This document shows, piece by piece, positions 12,743 to 24,300 of a DNA stretch of 64,000 nucleotides. The position numbers and the translations under genes are program-made. The notes under the pieces were generated by a model. It did not search any database. It was not told the DNA's origin and saw nothing but the letters and a program-made list of their open reading frames with translations. Source of the DNA: Piromyces finnis finn (taxonomy: Eukaryota > Fungi > Neocallimastigomycota); the NCBI GenBank assembly GCA_002104945.1, contig MCFH01000003.1, positions 1,054,001 to 1,118,000 of the forward strand, read 5' to 3'. Position 1 is the first letter of the stretch, and each line of letters starts with the position of its first letter.

Positions 12743-14326
12743 TTATTTTAATAACTGAATTGGAAGTTTTCCTGTGGCATCAATTTCTCCCTTTAAAAAT
12801 TTTATTACACTTTTTATTGAACTTGGTGTATATTCATATAAAGTATAATAATTGATATTTCCACTCAAGGATAAATAATCATATGGATTACGAATGGCGA
12901 TAACATAAAAATTAGAACATTTCATATTTAATTCATTAATCAATTTAGATTGTAAAGTATCGGTAAAAGCGTCATATGAAATAAAAATTACTGTATCGTA
13001 TGTTTGAGATGTTGTAATGAATGTATCATAATAAGTATTCCTTTGGTATTCTATGGTATGAATAGAGCAACAATTTTTTTGCACTAAATCTATAATATTA
13101 ATTTCATGATTAATTTCCTCCGCCATATTAGATGCCTGTGCTTTACATCCAAATAACAATATTTTACCTTTCAACTCTAGTTTTTTACCTCTAACATGGG
13201 TTAATGAGGCATCTACTATTTTTTGATTTATCAATGAAGACGAACTCTCGTTAAATATATCTAAGGTACATCTGATATTTTTAAAAAATAAGTTAGTCAT
13301 GACGGAAAAAACTTTATTTTTCACTTGTAATATTCTTTCCACTTTTTTATTTATATCTTCTATAGAAATAATCTGTTCATCAACAGCATGTTTTAGTTTT
13401 TCAATGGAGTTGATTTGATTTTCTTTGGTATGACATACACATGCTAAATCAATTCCTGCAGCTATACCCTTAACAACACCTACTGGGGTTGTAATATTTT
13501 CAGATATTGCTTTCATTTCCATACAATCACTAGTTATTAATCCATGATAGTGTAGCTCCTCTCTTAAGATATCTTGTAATAAAGATTTAGAAAGAGTTGC
13601 TGGGTTTTCAGGATCAATATCCTTAAAAATAATATGGGCACACATAATATTTTCTACATTATTAGCAATAGCCATTTTAAATGGTTTCAATTCTACATCA
13701 TATAATCTTTGTCTATTGAATGGTAAAACTGGTAGACCTAAATGGCTATCCATTTCAACATCTCCATGTCCAGGAAAATGTTTAGCGGTGGCAATAATAC
13801 CTTCATCTTGCATTCCTTTTATTAAACTTACACCAAATTTACCAACGATATCAGGATTATCAGAAAAACTTCTCACACCAATAATTGGATTTTTAGGATT
13901 ATTATTAGTGTCTAGTGAAGGAGCCATATTCATATTTATTCCTAAAGCCATTAAATGTTTACCCATTAAATGACCTACTATTTTTCCATTTTCCAAATCT
14001 GTAGCTGCTAATGTCATAGATCCTGGATAGCATGTTTCTTTGTTTTTAATTCTAATTACCATTCCACCTTCTTGATCAATAGCAATAAATGGCATTACAC
14101 CAACAGATTTTATAACTTCATCGTGAATATCACGAGTTAACCTTACCAACTGTTCTAAATTTACGATATTTCGAGAAAAAAGAATAAAATTTCCAAATTT
14201 ATATTTTTGAATTAGAGAACGAGTTTCATCTGTTAGAACTGGACCGTCGAACCCTATTATCAGTAATTGACCTAATTTTTCATCTAACGAAAATTTATTA
14301 ATATTTTTTAATTGATAATAATTCAT
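12743..14326 (-). CDS. nagZ: GH3 beta-N-acetylglucosaminidase, two-domain NagZ type, intronless, no signal peptide
   Basis: 527-aa ORF: EKLGQLLIIGF, IAIDQEGG, NMAPSLD, IGVRSFS, KHFPGHGDVEMDSH (NagZ signature with the Asp-His dyad), ITSDCMEMKAI (nucleophile), C-terminal AIRNPYD. Confidence 0.95.
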   Translation of the reverse strand: MNYYQLKNINKFSLDEKLGQLLIIGFDGPVLTDETRSLIQKYKFGNFILFSRNIVNLEQLVRLTRDIHDEVIKSVGVMPFIAIDQEGGMVIRIKNKETCYPGSMTLAATDLENGKIVGHLMGKHLMALGINMNMAPSLDTNNNPKNPIIGVRSFSDNPDIVGKFGVSLIKGMQDEGIIATAKHFPGHGDVEMDSHLGLPVLPFNRQRLYDVELKPFKMAIANNVENIMCAHIIFKDIDPENPATLSKSLLQDILREELHYHGLITSDCMEMKAISENITTPVGVVKGIAAGIDLACVCHTKENQINSIEKLKHAVDEQIISIEDINKKVERILQVKNKVFSVMTNLFFKNIRCTLDIFNESSSSLINQKIVDASLTHVRGKKLELKGKILLFGCKAQASNMAEEINHEINIIDLVQKNCCSIHTIEYQRNTYYDTFITTSQTYDTVIFISYDAFTDTLQSKLINELNMKCSNFYVIAIRNPYDYLSLSGNINYYTLYEYTPSSIKSVIKFLKGEIDATGKLPIQLLK

Positions 14327-14500
14327 AGTAAACTTTTTAAGAATGCAAATAATAATGTTTTTTTTTTATCATTAATTATATATATTATGTATATATTTAA
14401 CTTTATTTATGACTTCATAAGTAAATCGTATTCACCTTTAATATTAAATTACCTTGATAAATAATAAAATATTTTTTTATTATTTATAATATGCCATTAC

Positions 14501-14592
<92 letters not shown>
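14501..14592. repeat. (TAT)n microsatellite, ~30 units, upstream of nagZ
   Basis: Directly visible perfect trinucleotide run. Confidence 0.95.
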
Positions 14593-14594
<2 letters not shown>

Positions 14595-16476
14595 ATTATT
14601 ATAAATAAATAGTTAATATGAAATTTACAATTTATAATATTTATATTTATTACCTAATCTTTTATTGGATAATTAAAAATGTTGACCCATTTAAAACCAA
14701 AAATAAAATAGAAAAAAACTGACAATGTAATATGAAAAACCTTTCCTTTTTTTTATTTAATTTTGCATTATGATGTTGATTGTGATAAAGATAGTGCTAA
14801 CTTTAAGAAATGTGTGGGTTTATTAGATAATTCTAAAGTACAATGTGAAAAATAACATTTTAAGAGATTTAGTATACACACACTTTTTGGCCTGAAAATT
14901 TCTTCCCTCTGGTTCGGTAGGTTATATACTAAATCATCTATTTACTTGTTTTTCTATGAACTATATTAGCATGTTTTATATACTATTATTATTTAATGCT
15001 TTTTTTTTTTTTTTTAGTACTTTTAATTACATTTCATAAAAAAGACATTTTTATTTAAAATAATTTTTTTTTTTTTTAATTTATATTCTAATTAATTTTT
15101 AATTTATGAAATATTTTTTTTCTGTAAATGAAGAAATATTAATAAATAAAGTTTTGATACAAAAGATTAAAAATATAAATTTTAATTTTAAAATTAAACA
15201 CAAAAACCGTTTTATTCCTTTATTCAATGGTTAATACACTTTTTTGACGGAATTTTTGTATGGAAGAAAGAAGTAACAAGCACTACTATTTGATAAGTTA
15301 CAAACTTTATCTGTGGAGTTATATTATATATATTATTCTTTACCAGAAAAAGAAACGAGACAAAAAAAAATTATTTAAAACTAAAATTAAGATTTTGACA
15401 TTAGTTTTTAAATAATAATATTTAGCCAAAAAATAAATAGGGAATAATATTAATGTATTAATGTATTTAGGAAAATTAAAATAAAAATTTTTTTTTCAAC
15501 ATTTAAATCAGGTGCAATAGTTTAAAAATAATCATTCATGATATTTATAGAAAACAGCATGAGAGAGTTGGTATTGAATAGTAGCAGGAGATATTTTTCA
15601 AGAAAAAGTATAATAATGAATAAAAAAAAAAGAAAAAATAATAATATGGTTGATGAATATATATATATTCAAATAAGTTTATAATTAAATATTAAATATT
15701 ATAATAAGGTTAATAGAGGTAAATATTGTTAAATAAGAAACAGAGAAAAAATAAGAGCAATTTAATAATTCATAATAAATTCAGAAATTATGACTTGGTA
15801 AAAGATAAAATTTCTACTTCTAAACCTTTTGGGAAGCAACGATAGCAATAATATACAAATATGAAATATAAAAGAAATATATTTATTTAAAATTTCATAG
15901 TAAATATAAATGTTTAAAATTTCCAACGCTTACTCTAGACAAAGTATGCTATTCATATTAATTAAATTAAAATTGTTAACATCATTTGAAATATTGTTTT
16001 AAATTAGTTTAGTTAGGATAATTTTAAATTTATTGTATTGAATTAAGTAATTTGTGTTCTATATTACAACCACACACTGTATAATTAAAAAATTTTCAAT
16101 ATTTTATTTATAAATTAGAATATTAATTTAATATAATAATAACAAAAACATATAATAAAAGAAATATTAATGACTAAACATATTAAAAAAAGAAAGTTTC
16201 TAAAAAATACTTTTTTTACTTTCTTACAATTACCATAATTTTAATAATTTTTTAATTCATATCCTTTATCGGTTTTGCAGGTATCATATATGTAATACTT
16301 TGCCATAACGCCTATATAAAAAATTATCATTTATAAATATAATGATAAACGGTTATACAAAATATTCAATTGTATTTTCTCTTTATTAAAAAGTATAGAC
16401 ACTATCAATACATTTATTGTCTAAATATTGTGAGTTAAATAGAAGTAGACATTTGTTGTATTCTATCTTTGTTGTA

Positions 16477-16507
<31 letters not shown>

Positions 16508-16915
16508 GCCTATTCATTTAATTTTAAATCATCTGTTTTATATATATATTTATTACTTTTTTTTTCATCTGAAATTTAAACAAATCTATGTAAAGTATTA
16601 CAATTTCTATTTGCTTGAAGTACTAATATTTTAACAATAATAACAAAAGGTTAATCATTCTTTTTTTAATTTTTGATACTTTGAATTTAAATTTTTTATT
16701 TTTAGTTATAAACACTTGTTTACTTTGTTGCTATTTATTAATAAAAGCTCTAAAAAAATATAGATTGAATATATATTAAAATTATTTTTAAATAAAATTG
16801 GATTTAAGTTCTTTTTAATATAAAAAGTATTATAAAAAGAAAGGAAAACGTTACCCATGAATGTATTCTATATATAACTTAATATTAACTTTTTTTTATT
16901 TATTTATTTTTATAT

Positions 16916-16946
<31 letters not shown>

Positions 16947-17359
16947 TTACACATCAATATTTTTAATTTAATATAAAATTTTCCAAATATGGAAATTGTA
17001 AATTACAATATAATTATTTTCCATTTCTACAATGATCTCATTGGAGCTTTTTCTCTAGAAAATGAATCATTAACCCTAACCTATGACTATTCAACATAAA
17101 TGAATGAATACATAGGATAATAAAAGAATCTGGTTCTTTCTAATGATTATGCCTATACTACATAGTAATCGTAATATAGCATATTGAAAAATAATAATAT
17201 TTAATAATAATTGTGTATATTATTATATTATTATTTTCTTTTTTAAACATTGGATATATCATCCTCATAATATTTAAAAAAATCAAAAATTGCAAATTTA
17301 TTTATATATTATATATATATAATATTTATTCATATAATATGAAATTATAATATTTTTAG

Positions 17360-18320
17360 CCAAACATTTTGTGATTGTTTTGTTAATCATTCCAATGAAG
17401 AAATTGCCTTGGATGTATTATCATCAACCGATGATGACGGGAAAATTGAAAAATATCCCGGAACTTCTACAAATATTAAAATTAATGTAAATAAGTATTT
17501 TGATCCTAGCTCAATCAGCGAAAATACTAAAACTGTTGGTGAATACACTTATAATGTTAATGAAATTCTAAATTATAAGTGTAGAGAAAATGAATTTATG
17601 CAAATTGATAATACTAATCCAGATGGTATATACTACCATTTACCTAAAAACCACTTTTCACACACAAATTTTTAAAATGTTCCGCTTGATTTTTTTTTTT
17701 AACTTCCGAGTGCATTTCTCCCATCGATCAGAGTTAGCTCCAATGGTGGTTCTTAGAGAAACGTTGGCTCATTCCTATTGCTAGGTGGTTGTGACCCTCC
17801 TGGTCTGTCATACTGTTTCTTCAGCTTCGACGCTCACTTAATCCATGTACATTAGATGCATGTCGTTGTACGATATTTCACAACTACAATGCTAAGCCTC
17901 TTATAGTCAATTTGATCACGTGTCAACCGCCCCCTAATGTTTACACTTAAATTGATTAAGGAATATTATGTGTTTTTGGCATAGCCTAAGTCACCACTTA
18001 TTAAGTTCTAATTTGGAATGTACCATGTACACTAGACCCTCTCAGGCCGGCTAGACGAGTGTTATTATCATAGTAGTAAATTAGAAAGTTCATTTATACT
18101 TACCTGAATATCATAACCCAACCCATGGCAAACCCAGTGGGAAAATCCACAGGCACTGACATCTGCGGGGTCGAACCAGAAGCCTTATGTATGCTAAGGA
18201 AACGCCTTAACAACCAGGATAAAAACTGGAACGACTTCCGCTTGAAAATGCTTCAAAATACTTCAAAACATAATTTAAAATTTATTATTTTTCTTCCTCA
18301 TCATGAAAATGATTTGCACT
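17360..18320 (+). pseudogene. Decayed exon of an unidentified protein, split by SINE copy 1
   Basis: Acceptor TTTTTAG at 17359 and open frame QTFCDCFVNHS...HTNF. After removing the SINE and one TSD, the frame continues NVPLENASKYFKT with several stops. Confidence 0.45.
17690..18235 (-). mobile_element. tRNA-Ala-derived SINE, copy 1
   Basis: 10-bp TSD TTCCGCTTGA (17680-17689, 18236-18245) and 11-nt poly(A). Head has A-box-like TGGTTGTTAAGGCG, anticodon loop TTAGCAT and B-box-like GGTTCGACCCC. Near-identical to 31103-31655. Confidence 0.9.
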
Positions 18321-21300
18321 TTTAATTAATTAATTAATATTTTTTTAATTAAAATTTAATATAGATTAATTAAATAAAATTACTATTATGGATTAGAAAA
18401 CAAAAAAAAATTTAAATTAAAAAAAAAACGTTTTAAATTTAATTAAATCTCCATATTAATAATTTCATTCTATGGACATTTAGCCTAAAATATCATACCA
18501 TGAAAATCAAAGGTTACTATTACATTACCCAAGTAGTATTGAAGTATAACTAGTAATTTTCATATAAAATCTAAAAGTTATATTTCATTTTAACTAGTAA
18601 TTTAAATTATGATTAGTTAGAGGATTTATTTGTAAAAAAATAGTATCCTTATTTTAACCAGTATAAAAATTATTAATTTTAATCTTTTTTTTTTTATATT
18701 CTATGGCTATATGATTAATTATTAAAACAATTCTATGGTTCATATTCAATCTTTATGGTTTTTTTTATTTTCGTTTTTTACCTACCGTTGTGGTATCCCA
18801 TTAAATATTTATGGTGCCATTGAAGGAAACAGAATAATTTTATACACCTTTATTGAAATATTATAATTACAATAGAATTACAATATAATCCAATATAGTA
18901 TCCGATATATTCTATTATATATTAATTTTAATTCAATTATTTAGGATTTAATATAATTTAAATATTCTTTTGTAACTTGATCCAATACAATGAATAATAA
19001 ATTTATACTTTCTATGGAAATAATTTAATTTAAAATGAAAGCGGATTATTGGTTATTATTTTAATAAATTAATTAAAATGTTTGACTGTGTAACATAATA
19101 TAATCTAATAACTAAATTTGGTGTTTACGTTTTATTAAAAAAACCACACATATACTTTATTATATATTAGAATATAGTTAAAAGTATAAATAATATATGA
19201 GAATGCAATAGTATATTAATAGTAATATATTATTTAATTAAAAAAAGTTGTAACTTTATTGAAACAAAAATTTCTATATTAAATATATATTAAATATAAT
19301 ATATTCTAATATATGATTATTTAATAAATAATTTATTTAATTTATTAATGTATATTATAGTAAACTAATAATATATATAATATGAATTGAAATACTATTA
19401 AAGTTTATTTTAATATAATAATAATATAATATAATAATAATTTTTAATTTATATTTTGTTATCATAATAGCATGAAAAAAATTTGTATCATAATTAATAA
19501 TAAAAAGATTAATAATAAATAAATAAAAAGTATAATATTAACTAATAATTAATAGGATATATAATAAGTAAATAATAAATAAATAAATAATAATAATAAT
19601 AATATAAAAATAATAATAATAATAATAATAATTAGAATAATAATAAACATAATAATAATAATAATAAAAATAATAATAAACATAATAAATAAATAAATAA
19701 ATAAATAATAAATAAATAAATAATAAATGAATGAATGAATGAATAAATAAATAAATACTATTTATTTATTATTTAATAGTAATAATTATTTAATGATATT
19801 ACTTAATAATTATTCTCTCTTATTATAATAAAATAGGTGGTGGTAATGAATGGTTAAACTTTTTTATTATTATTCTTTGGATGATCATAATTTTAAAATC
19901 TCATAATTATAATAAATAGTAATAATTATAATATTTATTAATAAATATTTATTTATTATTTCTTTTATTCATTTATTTATCAATATTTATTTATTTATTA
20001 TTTCTTTTATTCACTTATTATTTATTACCAATAAAAATTTTTTTTTAAAATATTATGCCATAATAAAAAATTGTTTTCATTTTTGTAATAAAGAAACCTT
20101 ATTTATTAATATTTTTGATGTTGTTTATTTTTTTTTAAATAATAAATAAAAAATTTTTTTTAGAATATCATAAAAAAATTATTCTTTTTTTTTTAAAAAA
20201 AAAGTGTTCATTTCAATCTAAATAAAAAGAGAGATTGATTAGTTTTTTATTTATTTACAAGTAGTCTTTTTCTTTTCTTTTTTTTTTTGTTAATAAAAAA
20301 TATAAAAAGGAAATAATATAAAGTGTAAAGAAAAAAAAATATATATATATTTAGTTTACTCTTTTCTTTATATTCTTGTAATTTATTTCAATTTCAAAAA
20401 CTTTAAAACTTTTCTTTATAGAGAAACACACTAAAAAAAAAAAAAAAACTTTTTTTTTTATTCAGGAAATAAATAAAAAGCTTATAATAGAAAAAAGTTT
20501 ATAGACTTAAAGCATATATAATATTTTATATATATAATCAATTTAATCATAATGAAAATAATTATTTAATAAACAAATAAAGAACAACCAAATTAAAAAT
20601 ATACTTTAAAAATAAACAAAAACCAATAAATAAAGAATAATTAAAACTTTGTCAATTTCAAATATTTAAAAAAAAAAGTATTTTTATAACTAAACAAAGA
20701 AAAATATAAATAAAAAAGCTAAAAAAAAATCATCTACAATAAAAAAAAATTCTGTCAATTTTGATAAGATTTATATTTAATAGTAAAAAAAGCTCTATGA
20801 TAAAAAAGTAATTATTTTAATATAAAGAAGGTATAAATTTAATAATTTCATTGAAAAAAATCAAAAATTCAATTTTAATAAATAAATAAAAAAAATAATA
20901 ACAATCAATTATTATTTAATTTTTGTTTAAACCTACAAACAAAAAGCCTAAATGAAATATAAATAAAAAATATATAATAAATGGAGGGTAAGAAATAAAA
21001 CTTTATATAGAATAATATATAAGAAGCAAAAAATTTTAATGTAGAAAAAAAAATTATTGTAAAAAAATTTCTTTATTTTTTAAATATAAAGAATTTATGT
21101 AAAAAAATATTTAAAATAAAAGAAAATAAAAGACATTTATAGCAAAAAGAATTCTTTAAAATAAAAGAATCTTTAAAGCAATAATATATACAATTTTATG
21201 TTTTTAAAAAAAGAATTTTTTTACAATAAAATAAATTCTATTTTTTAACCCATTTTTATTAACTTATAGCAAATCTTATATTATTCTTGTTATAAAAACT

Positions 21301-21377
21301 TTATTAAAAAAACATGTATTAATAATTTTATATTATTTTTAAATTTTATAGACATAAAATATAATAAATATAGAAAT

Positions 21378-24300
21378 ATGCCGATGGAAGATGCCATCCA
21401 AAAACTAAAACAACAAAAACAAAAATTAAATGAATTAAAGGAAAAACAACGTTATTTAGTGGAAAATGATCCAAATAATCAAAAATTGAAAAGAGAGTTC
21501 AATAAAGAATGGAATGAAATTTTAGGAGAAATTAGTGATATTTATGCATTAAATGAAAATATTAATAGAATAAATGAAACATCTACATCAAAGATGTCTT
21601 TGAAAGAAAAAAATATGACCATGGAAGGCAATAATTATCCACAAAAATATGGGGAAGAAAATCCAACCATCGATGATATTAAGGGTTTTCTAACCGACTA
21701 TAATTCAGAATCAAATTCCGAAGAAGAAAGTCATCACAGAAAAGAAAGAATTCGTGAACATCATAAAAAGAGAATTCAAGAAAGGTACTTTGAGGTGATG
21801 TCTAGAAACCTTCAAAATATAAATACAAATGGTTACAATGACTATAGTAATAATCGTAACTACAATGACTACGAAGATTCATCAAAAATGAAAATTGAAG
21901 AATTAATGGAAAGTCGTAATAAATTGGATTTTACAAAAAATGGTGGTCGCTTTTTAGATGATTACGATGAAACAGGTCATCGTATTGTAAATAATAATAC
22001 TAACTCAAAACTATCATCAATTAATAATAAAATGAACCCTATTGGTAATCGTATTCAATCTATTGATTCTACTATTACTGATGAAAAAAGTGGACCTATC
22101 ATTAATGAAGATATGTTAAAAGATTTAAATGATATTAAAGAATTAAATAAAGCAATTCAACGTGCCAATTTGGTGGATGACTATGATGATTTGGAAATAT
22201 TAAAAAATCGTCGTATGCCACCGGCTCCTTCTACAGCTGGTGTCGTCAATGCTATGTCCAATTCTCCAATGAACTACGAATTCATTGATAAAATACCAAT
22301 GGGTAACGCTGCTTACCGAATGGACAATTTTGATGCATCCCCAGAACGTAATTACACCCCAACCTACTCTCCAATGTTAATGAAACATGGTGGTAGACCA
22401 AAACGTCAACCTGTACCTTTAGATGACCTAGACGACTACATTGACGTCAATGCTATAAGAAATAATAACGGTATGAAAAATTCACCGGTGGTTAATCCTC
22501 GCGTTAATAAAAATCCAATGTTGGGAGGCTATGAAATCCCACCATTAGATAATAATTTTATGGATGGTCGCTCGATGCATTCTGATGCTATGTATAATTC
22601 ACCTACTCTTCGTACTAATCCAGGTGTTATGACCAATAGTCCTCTTATTAGTAGCCGTTCTTCAGGTAGATCATCCTTGGCAAGTCCACCCCCTATCAGT
22701 GGAATACCTAGAAATGGTTTAAGTCCAAGAATGAGTCCAACCGTTAACCCAAGTCCAGGGGGTGTAATGTCAAATGCGGCTGCAATGGAATGGAATCAAC
22801 TGGAGGATGAACTTGATGATGGTGATATTGAAGACGATCTTAGCGATTTAGATGACTATATGTCTCCAAAAACAAAGGAATTCAAGGGAAATAAGGCTCT
22901 TAAACTTCTTGGTGTAGGTACTAAAAGTGGTGCTATTAATAAAAATAAATTTTCTCTAAAGAATCGACCAATGGCTCCAACCGTGGCCCCAATGGCCCCA
23001 ATAAAATATCCAAATATTGGCATGTTATCCAAACCAGATTATATTCCAATGAGTGGTATTGGTGTGGGTGGAGTTAGTATGAGTCCATACCTTATGAAGG
23101 AATCCAAGAGTGTTGATAATATCCCAGGTATCGATTCACCCTACGGTTCTGAAAAATTGGGAATGGGAGGTCCTGAATTTGTTTCGGTACCAGAAAAGTT
23201 AAATAACCTCTCCTCTCTAGAAATGAATAGAAATGTCGCTCTTCCTCCCTCTGAAAATAATAGTAATGGTAAGGCAATGAAACTTTTGGGCCTTAAAGGT
23301 GGTATTAAACCAACCTTAATTAATACCAAAGGTGTTGGACTTGACTATAGCAATAACCCTTCAGCTAATTCTTATAAAAACTTTGGTGTCTCTCCTCTTA
23401 CTGCCGCCGGAGGTTCTTCCTTTATGATTAATAATAATTCAAACATAAAGGGTTTCCAAACCCTTAATTCCCCTTCAGCCGCTGAGATTTCTCCTATTAA
23501 AAATATAAACTATGAAAATGCGGTACCGCTCAGTGGTCCTAATAATTCAAAGTATAATAATAAACCAAATCTACTCAAAAATGATCTTCTTAATAAACCA
23601 AATCCAAGTGAATCTCAAGTCAAACGTCTTAATGACGTTCTTAATAATACTTTTGGTAGTTCTGGTGAAATGATCCTAGGTAGTGAATCCATGATGAGTA
23701 GTAGTTCCTATTCCCATTCCTATTCTCATTCCTACAGCAATAACAACAGCAATAACAATATTAACAACAACAGCACCTTTTCCAGTAATAACAACATCAA
23801 TAACAGTACTTTTTCCAATAACAACAACATCAACATCAATAACACATCATATAATAGTAATGGTAGCAGTCATAATCGTTCTGCCACAAACAATGAAGGT
23901 ATGGACTTTAGTCGTCTACGTGATCCAAAGAATATGAAACCGGAAGAAAAGTTAGATGTGATGCTTTTTTCCTCCTTAACCTATACCATGAAACAAATTA
24001 CGATTCATGAATTGACTGCATCCAAAAATAAAAATATTTTAACCTCTGGTTATCTGTTAAAACGTAGTTCTAGTCTTTTTAAGAAATGGAAACATAGATA
24101 CTTTATTCTTTGCTCTGATCATCTTTATTGTTTTGCATCTAATCAACCAAACGAGAAATCACTTTTAGCTATTCCAATTACTAAGGATGCTGTCGTTCGT
24201 AGTCACGTTGAAGAAAATAAATTTATTATCATATTTATTGCTGTATGGTACGAATTTAGCATTGTCCAAAAGGAGTTCTATTTCCAAGCCATTAACGAAG

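Noticed and set aside
17069-17080. Telomere-like TTAACCCTAACC
   Set aside because: Only two units; chance level.
18096-18260. U1 snRNA gene starting ATACTTACCTG
   Set aside because: No U1-70K loop (GATCACGAAG), U1A loop (ATTGCAC) or Sm site follows. It is the antisense of the SINE donor site.
18125-18325. ORF MANPVGKSTG... (also 31019-31213)
   Set aside because: Antisense reading of the SINE head that runs into unrelated flanks.
18740-18850. WD40-like relic on the minus strand (SFNGTINI*WDTTT)
   Set aside because: Too short and interrupted by a stop, with no further repeats.
19500-20030. Large inverted repeat or array
   Set aside because: Only mirrored A-rich and T-rich low-complexity sequence plus one short tandem duplication.
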